From a virus, in IMG/VR virus record IMGVR_UViG_3300020473_000086: a DNA stretch of 31,767 bases. One strand, 5' to 3'. The notes below the pieces were generated by a model that was given only the letters and a program-made list of their open reading frames with translations, did no database searches and was not told the DNA's origin. Of the stretch, positions 1 to 9,141 are shown piece after piece. Every line of letters starts with the position of its first letter. Position 1 is the stretch's first letter. Made by a program: the position numbers and the translations under genes.

Positions 1-48
1 ATAATTGCAGAAATTGCAGAAATAGCGGAGGAAAAAAATGATAGCTGA
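1..48 (+). CDS. 3' end of upstream gene (partial)
   Basis: Open frame IIAEIAEIAEEKNDS* ending TGA at 46-48, overlapping the purA start. Confidence 0.4.
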   Translation: MIAEIAEIAEEKNDS

Positions 49-1036
49 TGTTGTGGTAGGATTACAGTTCGGAGATGAAGGTAAAGGTAAGGTTGCTCAT
101 CAATTAGCAAGAAATGGGAACTATACTCACGTGGTCAGGTTCAACGGGGGCTGTAATGCTGGGCACACCATTTATCATGAAGGTAAAAAATTTGTTACCC
201 ACCATATTCCAGCTGGCGTTTTTTATGGAATAAGATCTGTGATTGGCCCGGGCTGTGTAGTCAATCCAGGTAAATTATTCAAAGAGATAGAAGAACTTGA
301 AGAAGGTGGTATAAAAGTTAGAGAGCATTTAAGGATTGCCGCTAATGCTCACGTAATTACTGATTTTCATATTGCAGAAGATAGCCGTGATGAAGATATC
401 GGCACAACAAAAACAGGAAATGGTCCGGCTTATCGAGATAAATACGCCCGCAAAGGTGTGATGGCAATTGAAATTCCGGAATTTGATGATATGATAGTTG
501 ATATGTATACAGAGCTACATGAAAACCCAGACTATGATAATATAGAAATCCTTTGTGAGGGTGCCCAGGGGTTTGGGCTAGATATTGATTGGGGAGAATA
601 TCCGTTTGTCACATCGTCACACTGTACCACTGCTGGCGTTATTGCCAATGGTATTCCCCATAATGCCATTAGGGACGTTTGGGGCGTGGCCAAAGTATAT
701 GAAACATATGTTGGAGCCAAAGACTTTGAAGATAATGCAGATCCTGTATTTGAAGAAATAAGAGAAGTAGGGTCAGAGTTTGGTGCAACCACAGGTCGAC
801 CTAGACAAATTTCGTGGATGCAAATGGATCTTTTAAAAAGATCAATAAATGTGAATGGCGCAAATAAGATCGTTTTTAATAAAGCTGATATATTAGAAAA
901 GGTCGGTGCTTGGTGCATATATGATGGGATGGATGCACATGATTTTAAGAGCTCTGAAGATATGGAACAATGGATCCTAAGCGAAATTGATGAAAAAGAT
1001 GTTGTAATATTTTCTAGAAGTCCTAGCGAAATTTAG
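38..1036 (+). CDS. purA: Adenylosuccinate synthetase (short, 332 aa)
   Basis: GLQFGDEGKGK P-loop, RFNGGCNAGHT, GTTKTGNGPAY, EGAQG, YPFVTSS and GATTGRPR motifs. Confidence 0.95.
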   Translation: MIADVVVGLQFGDEGKGKVAHQLARNGNYTHVVRFNGGCNAGHTIYHEGKKFVTHHIPAGVFYGIRSVIGPGCVVNPGKLFKEIEELEEGGIKVREHLRIAANAHVITDFHIAEDSRDEDIGTTKTGNGPAYRDKYARKGVMAIEIPEFDDMIVDMYTELHENPDYDNIEILCEGAQGFGLDIDWGEYPFVTSSHCTTAGVIANGIPHNAIRDVWGVAKVYETYVGAKDFEDNADPVFEEIREVGSEFGATTGRPRQISWMQMDLLKRSINVNGANKIVFNKADILEKVGAWCIYDGMDAHDFKSSEDMEQWILSEIDEKDVVIFSRSPSEI

Positions 1037-1065
1037 CTGTAAATTAGCACAAGATCTATTATTAT
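1037..1065 (+). promoter_or_regulatory. Sigma70-like promoter (variant -35)
   Basis: CTGTAA-17 nt-TATTAT; spacer resembles promoters at 2501 and 7989. Confidence 0.45.
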
Positions 1066-1071
1066 TAATTT

Positions 1072-1488
1072 ATGAAAACTGGATTCACATGCGGCGCCTT
1101 CGATCTTTTGCATGCAGGCCATATCCTGATGCTTGAAGAAGCAAAGTCTTTTTGTGATTATCTAATTGTGGGGCTACATTCAGATCCTACAATAGATCGA
1201 TCTGAAAAGAATAGACCAATTCAATCTTTGGATGAGCGCTTAATTCAATTACGCGCAGTGAAATTTGTAGACCTTATCGTAATTTATGATACTGAGCTTG
1301 ACTTGATTAATTTGCTTAAAGCAATTAGGCCGAATCTTAGAGTCATTGGTGCAGATTATATTGATAAGAGTTTCACTGGAGACGATTTAGGTATCGAGGT
1401 AAAGTTCAATAGCAGAAATCATAGCTTTTCATCATCAGGACTTAGGAAAAGAATCCAAAGTGCAGAAAATCTAAAGGAGACAAAATGA
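1072..1488 (+). CDS. Cytidylyltransferase-family protein (TagD/RfaE domain II-like)
   Basis: FDLLHAGH (HxGH) motif, VGLHSD, ER..QL.AVKFVD, C-terminal SSSGLRKRI. Confidence 0.85.
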   Translation: MKTGFTCGAFDLLHAGHILMLEEAKSFCDYLIVGLHSDPTIDRSEKNRPIQSLDERLIQLRAVKFVDLIVIYDTELDLINLLKAIRPNLRVIGADYIDKSFTGDDLGIEVKFNSRNHSFSSSGLRKRIQSAENLKETK

Positions 1489-1928
1489 AGTATTTATCAG
1501 GTGATTTTATTGCAGAGTATAGCAGGGCTCTTCATGAGTATAAGAAAGAACAAGATGCAATTGATTCCAAGTGGGGAAATATCATTAGTGATCTTGTTGA
1601 AGAAGAAGTAGAAAGACTTGAAGACACAATTCCATATACGTTTAAAACCGGCGAGACTGTTAAGGACACAAATGGAAACTTAGGAGTTGTAAAAGCATGC
1701 CCTATTATTCTTAACGTTCATGAAGATGAAGACTATCATGGTAAAAAGTTCGGTCCAAATAAGTTTTTTGCTATAAAAAACCAAAGTGATGAAGAAGCAG
1801 TTACTTGTGAAGGTATGTTGAGAATGGTTGACGTTCAATTGCAGACCTCTGAGCTTGAAAAGGACTGGGGCCATGAAACCAAAGCAGCCCGCTATTATGA
1901 AGACGAGTTAACTGTCATTATTGATTAA
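1485..1928 (+). CDS. Hypothetical protein with internal KOW-like segment
   Basis: ATGA overlap, SD aaggag; FKTGETVKD..GNLGVV segment. Confidence 0.7.
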   Translation: MKYLSGDFIAEYSRALHEYKKEQDAIDSKWGNIISDLVEEEVERLEDTIPYTFKTGETVKDTNGNLGVVKACPIILNVHEDEDYHGKKFGPNKFFAIKNQSDEEAVTCEGMLRMVDVQLQTSELEKDWGHETKAARYYEDELTVIID

Positions 1929-1958
1929 CAACTTTGGTCATATTTTATAAAATTGAAT

Positions 1959-2297
1959 ATGAGATCTTTTGCGCTACTGATAGTTTTGTTTTTGATAGCT
2001 TGCGCATCAGAAGTATCTAATAAAGACGAAACAGAGTTCTATAAAATAGAAGCTTCTGACATCGATAATTCGTCTTTAGTTGAGTCTGCTGTTCAAGTTG
2101 AAAAAGTAAACTGGGTGTGCTATCATCCTGGGACGATTTTTCATAATCAACCGTGCGTTGAAGAAGAATATCCAGACGGCTGTTATGTTAGAGGTGATCA
2201 GGGCAAATTTTGCTGGTTATTGCACATAAGTGAGTGTGCAGATCCTTTAAACGATGATGTGCGTGACTCATGTAAAAATGTAGGATATTCAGACTAA
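1959..2297 (+). CDS. Putative Cys-rich lipoprotein
   Basis: Hydrophobic signal MRSFALLIVLFLIA-C (lipobox-like); several further Cys. Confidence 0.6.
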   Translation: MRSFALLIVLFLIACASEVSNKDETEFYKIEASDIDNSSLVESAVQVEKVNWVCYHPGTIFHNQPCVEEEYPDGCYVRGDQGKFCWLLHISECADPLNDDVRDSCKNVGYSD

Positions 2298-2309
2298 TTC
2301 GAGTGTGAA

Positions 2310-2510
2310 ATGTTTTCTGAGCTTAAAGATATTTGCCTAAGTAAAAAGAGTGTGATATCTTTATCATTTTTCTTTATCTTCATATTTTTATTAGGCTTTT
2401 GGGCAGGGTCCTCAGTTCCTCATTCAAGGTTTAATTCAGTTTTTGAATACGCTGTTTTATTAGAAAAAGAAAACTCCAAAATATATAAAAAGCTAAAATC
2501 GTGTAATTAG
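2310..2510 (+). CDS. Small membrane protein
   Basis: One long hydrophobic segment. Confidence 0.5.
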   Translation: MFSELKDICLSKKSVISLSFFFIFIFLLGFWAGSSVPHSRFNSVFEYAVLLEKENSKIYKKLKSCN

Positions 2511-2529
2511 CCCAAATCTATGATATAAT
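2501..2529 (+). promoter_or_regulatory. Promoter, GTGYAA family
   Basis: GTGTAA-17 nt-TATAAT with TGn extended -10. Confidence 0.7.
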
Positions 2530-2613
2530 CTTAATATAAGGTGATGTTGTGGAGTTCGTTTATGGGCTGATTTTTTTAATCGTTTTTTAATTAATTTAAA
2601 TGAGGAGATAAAA

Positions 2614-2796
2614 TTGTATTTTATCAATTATTCAAGATGTAGCATCTGTAATCAAAAAAAGAGCGTTGCTCTTAATAAGAAGACGCTAAATAAGAAAATT
2701 TGTTCTGATTGTAATGATGAATATTATAGCGACGTCGCTAGTAAGCAAAAAGAATATTGGATTAATGGGAGTGGAAAAAATGCACGGAATCGGTAA
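2614..2796 (+). CDS. Small Zn-ribbon-like protein
   Basis: CSIC...CSDC; TTG start after SD gaggag. Confidence 0.5.
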   Translation: MYFINYSRCSICNQKKSVALNKKTLNKKICSDCNDEYYSDVASKQKEYWINGSGKNARNR

Positions 2797-3094
2797 AGGT
2801 AGAAAGCAAGGGGCAAGAAATAAAACCCAACTGGAAAGGATGGTTGAAGCTGTTGTCACCGCCGGTGGTGGAGACTATAGTGATGTCGTATGCATCTTGC
2901 AAGATCATTATGATGCCGCCTGTCGACGTGATGAGCGTGGACAAAATCCAGTAAGGACTGAATTTTTAGATGTGGAAAATCTTCTAAAAGAGAAATATTT
3001 AATTCATGTAGGTCTAGATTCCGCAGACGCTCAAACTTCTATGAAGAAGCTTATTGAGTATTCAAAGAACACTAAGCCTGTTGTAGAGCTTTGA
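2765..3094 (+). CDS. Hypothetical protein
   Basis: ORF; internal ATG at 2765 chosen as likely start. Confidence 0.6.
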   Translation: MGVEKMHGIGKGRKQGARNKTQLERMVEAVVTAGGGDYSDVVCILQDHYDAACRRDERGQNPVRTEFLDVENLLKEKYLIHVGLDSADAQTSMKKLIEYSKNTKPVVEL

Positions 3095-3095
3095 A

Positions 3096-3389
3096 ATGAA
3101 AGATTTTCAAAAAGATTTTCTCTTGAAGGGTGACTCAAATTTGCATGATGATGAACCAATAGGTCCTTTGGAGAGAGCAAGAGAAAATCTTGAGGCTTTT
3201 GCTGATAGTCTTATAATGCAAGATTCTTTAAAGCAAATGCTAGAATGGATGTCTGTTCTTGAAAATATCCTAGATGATCCAGATGTAAGCGATTTAGAAT
3301 TAGCTCAAACTAAAGAAGAGCTTAAGCTAATGGAGCAAGCATGGTGTATTTTGGCTGATTCTCTTTACGAAAAAGGGATTAGCGCTTAA
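3096..3389 (+). CDS. Acidic helical hypothetical protein
   Basis: ORF abutting previous gene. Confidence 0.65.
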   Translation: MKDFQKDFLLKGDSNLHDDEPIGPLERARENLEAFADSLIMQDSLKQMLEWMSVLENILDDPDVSDLELAQTKEELKLMEQAWCILADSLYEKGISA

Positions 3390-3411
3390 ATTTTAACTTC
3401 GGCGCATAAGG

Positions 3412-3891
3412 GTGTATGTGACTACCCGTACGATTAAGGTTGCTTTCTGTAGATGTAGAAAGGGCTGGCGAAATTGGATTATTCGTAAATGGACGGGAAG
3501 TGACATCATCCATGCCGAGGTTGTTTTACCTGATGGATCTTTTATAGGGATCAGTCCGGACGATACTGGTAGAGTTAGAAGAACAAATAGCCCCATAATG
3601 TGTTCGGAAGAAACGTGGGAAATAATTGAGATGAAGATATCTCAACAACAGTTTAAGATGTTGCTTTGTTTTTTCGAAATGACACATGGTATGAAATACG
3701 ATTGGGCTGGATTAATTCTATCGCATCTAACTTCATTTTATATTAAGCATGATAGCAAATGGTATTGTTCTCAATGGATTGCTTGTGCGCTAACATATGC
3801 TGGCATTCATCCATTGTTTTACAATAAAATTAACCCAGGAAAGCTTTACGATATTTTGAAGGTTCGTGTTTGTGATGTCTCGGATTGGTAA
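3412..3891 (+). CDS. Permuted papain-like amidase (YiiX/YaeF-like, NlpC/P60 superfamily)
   Basis: His-before-Cys order: IIHAEVV ... KYDWAGL ... WYCSQWIA. Confidence 0.7.
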   Translation: MYVTTRTIKVAFCRCRKGWRNWIIRKWTGSDIIHAEVVLPDGSFIGISPDDTGRVRRTNSPIMCSEETWEIIEMKISQQQFKMLLCFFEMTHGMKYDWAGLILSHLTSFYIKHDSKWYCSQWIACALTYAGIHPLFYNKINPGKLYDILKVRVCDVSDW

Positions 3892-4060
3892 AATAGTAAG
3901 TGTAACTGTTTTAAGAGAAGAGTATCCACAAATGTGGAGCCAAAAATCAATTACCGGCCTTGTTATAAAAGAGGATAGAGAAATCATTCTTGTGACGACA
4001 GGAGAAGAAACAATTGAAATATCAAAAAAGCAAATTTTGGAGATAGTTGAAGAATCATGA
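3866..4060 (+). CDS. Hypothetical protein
   Basis: ORF, ATGA overlap with next gene. Confidence 0.5.
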   Translation: MFVMSRIGKIVSVTVLREEYPQMWSQKSITGLVIKEDREIILVTTGEETIEISKKQILEIVEES

Positions 4061-4281
4061 TTTATGTTTTGTTCTTTTTTCTGTTTATTTTTATTATGAA
4101 TAAAGCGATACTAAATGCTCACGTAAATAGCCAAAATGAAAATTTTAAGAGAAAGATAAATAAAAGAATCTTGCAAAATAGAAAGCTAGATGAACTTTAT
4201 GGTAGAAAACCAAAAAGCCCAAAGCAAGAAATCGAAAAAGCTATTCTCGATTTGGCAAAAAATGAAAAACGCATTAATTGA
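4057..4281 (+). CDS. Small membrane-anchored basic protein
   Basis: N-terminal hydrophobic stretch, basic tail. Confidence 0.5.
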   Translation: MIYVLFFFLFIFIMNKAILNAHVNSQNENFKRKINKRILQNRKLDELYGRKPKSPKQEIEKAILDLAKNEKRIN

Positions 4282-4418
4282 ATCCTTTACAGAAAACATA
4301 TGTCTAAAATTATTTGCAGCTGTTTTGGCGCTTATAGTTTATTGGTCAATTAATTTAAAATAAATCTGTACAAATTATACATCTTGGTATAATTAACGAA
4401 TCACGAAAGGAGAATGAT

Positions 4419-4550
4419 ATGAAATATTTTGTAATTTTTACAGTTATGTCAATCGCTGGAACCGCTGGTTTAGTTGTAGAGACCAAGGAAGAAGTTCCTG
4501 TAGAGCATATTGAATTTGTTGAGCCCATTTATATCAACGTAAATATTTAG
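4419..4550 (+). CDS. 43-aa membrane/secreted peptide (not in ORF track)
   Basis: SD aaaggag, MKYFVIFTVMSIAGTAGLVVETKEE... Confidence 0.55.
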   Translation: MKYFVIFTVMSIAGTAGLVVETKEEVPVEHIEFVEPIYINVNI

Positions 4551-4568
4551 TAACTAAAAGGAGACCAC

Positions 4569-4778
4569 ATGTTCGAACTCGGAGACATTGTATATTACAC
4601 CAACTCTAGCCATCAAGAGCCTATAGGCGAAATTGTTGGAATTAGAGAAACTACCTGGTCTGATAAAGGTAGGGATGTAATGTATATGATCCGAACTTGG
4701 CGCGGCTCAGTGAGAAATATTTACGACGAAAATAGCATAACTAACAAAAAGCCCAGCATTATTGAAAGTGTAAACTAA
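4569..4778 (+). CDS. SH3/KOW-like microprotein (MKxGDxV family)
   Basis: MFELGDIVYY...GEIVGI; SD aaaggag. Confidence 0.7.
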   Translation: MFELGDIVYYTNSSHQEPIGEIVGIRETTWSDKGRDVMYMIRTWRGSVRNIYDENSITNKKPSIIESVN

Positions 4779-4779
4779 T

Positions 4780-4968
4780 ATGAATATTGGGGACTTAGTT
4801 AGAATTCGCGAATGGTGTAAAGGTAAAGGGAAGATAGCTCTTGTTTCTGAACTATCTTCTTGGGGTAGAGAAGCAAAAATACAACTAATCGATCAAGGCT
4901 ATAAAGAAATTTGGGCTAAGACATCAAATCTAGAGCTAATTGAAGATGTCTCAACTGCAAAAGGGTGA
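4780..4968 (+). CDS. SH3/KOW-like microprotein
   Basis: MNIGDLVRI...LELI. Confidence 0.7.
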   Translation: MNIGDLVRIREWCKGKGKIALVSELSSWGREAKIQLIDQGYKEIWAKTSNLELIEDVSTAKG

Positions 4969-5227
4969 CATTGTAATTCGTGCGTACGCTCATGAGCATG
5001 AGGAATGGGGCGTTGTTATTGATTTAGAAACAGTTGTAATTGACCCACGTCATGAAGCATACCCAGAAGATACCGCAGAGATAGACACTGAATATGCGCT
5101 GGAATACATATACGTTACAGTTCTTTGGCCAGGGTACACTACTCAAGAAATAGATTATGAGCTTTGGACTCCTAAAGAAGCCATTAGTTACGCTATAAAA
5201 TACCATGAAAAACAATCCAAAAAGTAA
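4946..5227 (+). CDS. SH3/KOW-like microprotein
   Basis: MSQLQKGDIVIR...GVVID...VTVLW. Confidence 0.7.
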   Translation: MSQLQKGDIVIRAYAHEHEEWGVVIDLETVVIDPRHEAYPEDTAEIDTEYALEYIYVTVLWPGYTTQEIDYELWTPKEAISYAIKYHEKQSKK

Positions 5228-5268
5228 TATAATTTTAAAGTAAGTCAAACTAAAATCGGGAGATCAAT

Positions 5269-6207
5269 ATGTCCATCCGCCTTGGCTACGCATGCATTAA
5301 TAGCACTCTTCAAAAAACCGAAAAGGTACAATGCAGCCGTGGTATGATTAAACGTACTTTTAGGGCTAAAGGTCCAGAATACGCTGGTGAATTAGCTTTA
5401 TCAAACGTCCAAGATATGTTTAAAGTTATCGCCTGGAATGCTGCACATGGCATTCAGGTTTATCGTATGACATCTTGCTTATTCCCGTGGATGAGCGAAT
5501 ACGAAATATCTAATTTACCACAGTTCGAAAAAATCAAGTCAGCTCTCGAGCTTTGTGGTAGTTATGCAACTGAAAATAATCAAAGGCTGTCTTTTCATCC
5601 TGGTCAGTTTTGTGTACTTGCCAGCCCTAACGAACAAGTTGTAAAAAACGCAGCAATCGAGCTTAATAAGCATGCTGAGATTATGGACCTAATGAAGCTG
5701 CCGAACACCCCACAAGCTAAGATCAATATTCACGTCGGTGGTGCTTATGGAAATCATGATGCTGCCCTTGAGCGCTTTTGTTCTAACTTTGAAAAATATC
5801 TATCATATTCAGCACAATCGAGGCTCACTGTCGAAAACGATGACAAGCCAAGTATGTACTCTACCAAGATGCTTTATGAAGGAGTCCACAAGCGTATTGG
5901 CATTCCAATTGTATTTGACAGCCATCACCACGAGCTCGGTCCTGAGGACCAAGATTACCAAGACGCTTTTTATCTTGCTCGTTCTACATGGCCAGATGGA
6001 ATTCGCCAACAGTGCCACCATTCTAATTCTAAGAAATTATATGAAGATCCTAAGGTCCCTGCTATTTCACACAGCGCATGGTATTATACTCCATTTGAAA
6101 ACTTTGGCGAAGAAGTTGACGTGGTTCTCGAGTGTAAGCAAAAGGAAATGGCTTTATTCAAGTACCTAAAGGATTTTGAGCCAGAAATTACAAGATTAGC
6201 TAGTTAG
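5269..6207 (+). CDS. uvsE: UV DNA damage endonuclease
   Basis: RLGYACIN, RLSFHPGQF, INIHVGG, RLTVENDD, IVFDSHHH, VVLECKQKE motifs. Confidence 0.93.
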   Translation: MSIRLGYACINSTLQKTEKVQCSRGMIKRTFRAKGPEYAGELALSNVQDMFKVIAWNAAHGIQVYRMTSCLFPWMSEYEISNLPQFEKIKSALELCGSYATENNQRLSFHPGQFCVLASPNEQVVKNAAIELNKHAEIMDLMKLPNTPQAKINIHVGGAYGNHDAALERFCSNFEKYLSYSAQSRLTVENDDKPSMYSTKMLYEGVHKRIGIPIVFDSHHHELGPEDQDYQDAFYLARSTWPDGIRQQCHHSNSKKLYEDPKVPAISHSAWYYTPFENFGEEVDVVLECKQKEMALFKYLKDFEPEITRLAS

Positions 6208-7136
6208 CTTAAAGCTTGGACTAATAATACAATCCCAATAGAAACACCTAAGCCAACCATAATTTTCATGAAATCTTTGGCGACCATGGGAAAGACCTTT
6301 TTAATCTTCTTATTCTTTCTTGTTGCGATTGCCAATTCACGACCGCATAGCAAACCAACGAATACCCAAGTTGTGCTCATAGGTATATTGTTCATTTGCT
6401 TCAGGTAGAGAAGAATGAAAGCGTATACACCATCAATGATTGTTGCTGACCTAACATATGATGTTGTGGTCTTTTCAATAACAATCTGTTGAATTTTTCC
6501 ACCACGTTCGTAGAATATAAAGCCAAGCATACCAACCAACATTGCAATTGTACCAACCAAGAATTCAGGGCTCATTTGGCGAGGAGCAAATACTGCAATG
6601 TTAGCTAGGTCATGACTCAACCAAGTAAACCACAAGAACCCAGTAGTACACCACTGAGCCACTCTCCAATATTTCTCATGGTTGCTATCAACTTTCTTCT
6701 TTTCGTCTAAGAACTTAGATATGACCATCCAAAATCCGTAAGCCACTACAGCTGCGATCGCATAGCCGAGCATACTCTTTACCAACATCTTCTCGAAAAC
6801 AATCGTGCTTGCGAATGCTGATAACACAAGAAAAGTCGTCGAGACAGGGATCCCAAATCGAGTCAACATCAATAGCACAGCTGGCGCTAAAGCGTGGTAC
6901 CACTCAACTTGTATGTACGGTATCTTATCTAACCGTCCAAATGATATGTCTCCGTTGTAAGCAAACCAACTGTACAAAACAGTCGATACTAGAACTGCCG
7001 AAGCTGCTCCCCATAGTTTCCACCAAGAGGTCTGCTTGTTTGACGCCATAAATGTCCCAAGCGTCTGAACAGCATCGTTACTGATTACTGATGCACCTGC
7101 CAATACCAGGCCACATAAAGCCCACATTTCAATCAT
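6204..7136 (-). CDS. PiT/PHO4-like inorganic anion (phosphate?) permease
   Basis: Polytopic membrane protein; duplicated motifs SNDAVQT/HDLANIA and GIPVSTT/IPMSTTW resembling PiT repeats. Confidence 0.65.
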   Translation of the reverse strand: MIEMWALCGLVLAGASVISNDAVQTLGTFMASNKQTSWWKLWGAASAVLVSTVLYSWFAYNGDISFGRLDKIPYIQVEWYHALAPAVLLMLTRFGIPVSTTFLVLSAFASTIVFEKMLVKSMLGYAIAAVVAYGFWMVISKFLDEKKKVDSNHEKYWRVAQWCTTGFLWFTWLSHDLANIAVFAPRQMSPEFLVGTIAMLVGMLGFIFYERGGKIQQIVIEKTTTSYVRSATIIDGVYAFILLYLKQMNNIPMSTTWVFVGLLCGRELAIATRKNKKIKKVFPMVAKDFMKIMVGLGVSIGIVLLVQALS

Positions 7137-7149
7137 GTTTACTCCTTTG

Positions 7150-7461
7150 TTAGTAAGTTATATCAAGACGAAGAGCTGGACCGAATCCGAACGCCCAATT
7201 GTCTTTAAGTTTGTTGTCCATGAATACATGGGGATCGATTCTGACATTGTCATTTATTTTATATCGAAACCCAAGCCTAAATTTATTAGCGCTGAATACC
7301 GTTCCGTTCACATCACTTGTAAACGCTACTTCGTTTGCAATGTATGGCTTGATATCGCTTCCATAATCGTACGTAAGCCTAGTATTGTTAGCTACTATAA
7401 ATTTATCAGCATGTGAAACTGCAGGCAACATGAGAACAGCTATTAGTATTATTCTTTTCAT
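7150..7461 (-). CDS. Secreted beta-strand protein, outer-membrane-protein-like
   Basis: SD gggagg; signal peptide MKRIILIAVLMLPAVSHA; alternating beta pattern; C-terminal aromatic (LRLDITY). Confidence 0.55.
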   Translation of the reverse strand: MKRIILIAVLMLPAVSHADKFIVANNTRLTYDYGSDIKPYIANEVAFTSDVNGTVFSANKFRLGFRYKINDNVRIDPHVFMDNKLKDNWAFGFGPALRLDITY

Positions 7462-7592
7462 TTGAGACCTCCCTTTCACGTGCTAACTATAATCTATATG
7501 CTCTAGAGTTAACGGCATCTTAATAGAGTTTTCGCTATTGTTACACGCCTGTTTCTTAAGGAGATTTATTTTTAAAAAAATCACTAAAATAG

Positions 7593-7621
7593 GTGAAAAA
7601 CTATCCCTGCAGGGTTATTAT
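7593..7621 (+). promoter_or_regulatory. Promoter, GTGYAA-family variant
   Basis: GTGAAA-17 nt-TATTAT. Confidence 0.55.
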
Positions 7622-7668
7622 ATAACACGTTCAAAGGAACGGTATCTAAACAAAAGGAGAAAAGATAC

Positions 7669-7899
7669 ATGAGTAACTACTTCAACGAGAAGTCAACCGC
7701 CCGCTTCGATTTCGGTGTTTACCGTAACCACACTGCCAAGAAGGCAGGTAGCAATATGCTTACCATCAGTACACGTCCTGCAGAGGGTCAGCAGTATGCA
7801 GTAGGTACAACAACTATTAGTATGTCTATTCGTGAAGCTCAGGCGCTCCAGAGCTTTCTCAATCAGTCTCTTACCACCGGCGATTCGTCCAACGTTTAA
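7669..7899 (+). CDS. Small protein, possibly PC4/Whirly-like nucleic-acid binder
   Basis: SD aaaggag; own promoter and terminator; pattern LTISTR...TISMSIREAQALQSFL. Confidence 0.6.
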   Translation: MSNYFNEKSTARFDFGVYRNHTAKKAGSNMLTISTRPAEGQQYAVGTTTISMSIREAQALQSFLNQSLTTGDSSNV

Positions 7900-7924
7900 T
7901 TTAACGAAACCAACGTGGTAATTG

Positions 7925-7975
7925 AAAGCCGGGACTCGACCTTTATGAGGCGGGTACCCGGTTTTTTTATTTTTT
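7925..7975 (+). terminator. Intrinsic terminator
   Basis: Extended stem AAAGCCGGG...CCCGGTTTT followed by T-runs. Confidence 0.75.
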
Positions 7976-7988
7976 TATTAGTAAAATG

Positions 7989-8017
7989 GTGCAAATTAGC
8001 CCTAGATATGGTATTAT
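7989..8017 (+). promoter_or_regulatory. Promoter, GTGCAA family
   Basis: GTGCAA-17 nt-TATTAT, TGG extended -10, followed by TAATCATAA. Confidence 0.8.
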
Positions 8018-8061
8018 TAATCATAAGGAATAAAGGAATAAATAAAGAAAGGATACACCAC

Positions 8062-8763
8062 ATGGGTTATCGACGAAACTACTCAAATCGACGTTACAAC
8101 AACTACGCAATGGCTGGAGGCTACGACTCCACCGGTCGCTGGCGCTCAGAGGCGTGGCACATGGATGGTGGAGCTAACGATGAAGGTTGGCACCAAGCGT
8201 ACTGTAACTACTGTGGTAAAGAAACCGAGCACGGTCGAGGTAGCGGATGCGTTCCCTGCGGAGACCGCATGGTTGCCACACGAAACAAGCCGAAGAAAAA
8301 AGCTGTTTCCTCTAATTCTAACTGGAAGCTTGAGCGACAAGTCCACTTGGATCGAGCAGCTGTAATTCGAATTTACGAAGCTAACGCCGGCTCACTTCCA
8401 AACTTCCTAAAGTCTCTGGACGACCAGCTTAGCAACAACTGGAAAGCTCGATACGATAAAACCGTAAGAGCTCGAAAGTTAACTGCGAAGCAAATCGAAG
8501 TTGGCGCGAAAGTTCTCAAGAATATCGTTGATCAAGATATCATTGATCGTCTCTGGTCTCGGACATCTCCTCGCAATGCTGATGCTGAGATGAAGGTCGG
8601 ATCAATAATTCGATTAGATTCAGCATGCGATCCTCGAATCGTCACTGGCAAGAACTGCCCTTGGAGTCGTTATGATAACGAATTCGAAATCAAGAGTTTG
8701 CGAAATCCAGACATGGGTTCTTCTTGGAGCAGCGACACTAGCCGTTATGTGGTGATCAAATGA
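8062..8763 (+). CDS. Hypothetical protein with Zn-ribbon and C-terminal KOW-like segment
   Basis: Start re-assigned downstream of promoter/SD; CNYC...CVPC; MKVGSIIRL near C-terminus. Confidence 0.7.
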   Translation: MGYRRNYSNRRYNNYAMAGGYDSTGRWRSEAWHMDGGANDEGWHQAYCNYCGKETEHGRGSGCVPCGDRMVATRNKPKKKAVSSNSNWKLERQVHLDRAAVIRIYEANAGSLPNFLKSLDDQLSNNWKARYDKTVRARKLTAKQIEVGAKVLKNIVDQDIIDRLWSRTSPRNADAEMKVGSIIRLDSACDPRIVTGKNCPWSRYDNEFEIKSLRNPDMGSSWSSDTSRYVVIK

Positions 8764-8858
8764 TTGAGATTGTTTCAATAGCAGCGGTCGCTAGTATTTA
8801 CGTTATCTTATTAGCGGGTATCATGATGAATATCATGTATCCTATGGGGAGAAAATAA
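8760..8858 (+). CDS. 32-aa single-TM peptide (not in ORF track)
   Basis: ATGA overlap; MIEIVSIAAVASIYVILLAGIMM... Confidence 0.5.
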   Translation: MIEIVSIAAVASIYVILLAGIMMNIMYPMGRK

Positions 8859-8949
8859 TGTCCGTATTTTATCATTCAATTTATAATATCGATACAGCAG
8901 TAATTGCTGACACCAGCGTAGGCTTCGCCGGTCTTATTGTGAGAACAAA

Positions 8950-9141
8950 ATGAAAATCGGCGATTTAATATTTGATGCTGACCTCGGAAGTTCTGGTATC
9001 GTTTTGGAAATAATGGACGAATGTCCAGAGCTAGGTAACTTACCTGTCCGTGAATGCTATTATCGTGTGATGTATGATGATGGTCGTGTAGAGGAAGTTC
9101 GAGATATAGAAGTTCAGCCTTTAGCGGGTGGGTGCTCATGA
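8950..9141 (+). CDS. SH3/KOW-like microprotein
   Basis: MKIGDLIFD...GIVLEI. Confidence 0.75.
   Translation: MKIGDLIFDADLGSSGIVLEIMDECPELGNLPVRECYYRVMYDDGRVEEVRDIEVQPLAGGCS

Noticed and set aside
4-24. Tandem repeat ATTGCAGAAATTGCAGAAAT
   Set aside because: Explained as repeated IAE codons at the end of the upstream gene.
38-1036. PurZ (2-aminoadenine, Z-genome) instead of PurA
   Set aside because: The P-loop reads GDEGKGK with the catalytic Asp of PurA; PurZ has Ser at this position.
2545-2590. Short transcript or terminator right after the 2501 promoter
   Set aside because: The stem depends on several G-U pairs and is too weak to call.
4365-4393. GTGCAA-family promoter upstream of 4419
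   Set aside because: Good extended -10 (TGGTATAAT) but the GTACAA-like -35 is only 14 nt away; at most an extended -10 promoter.
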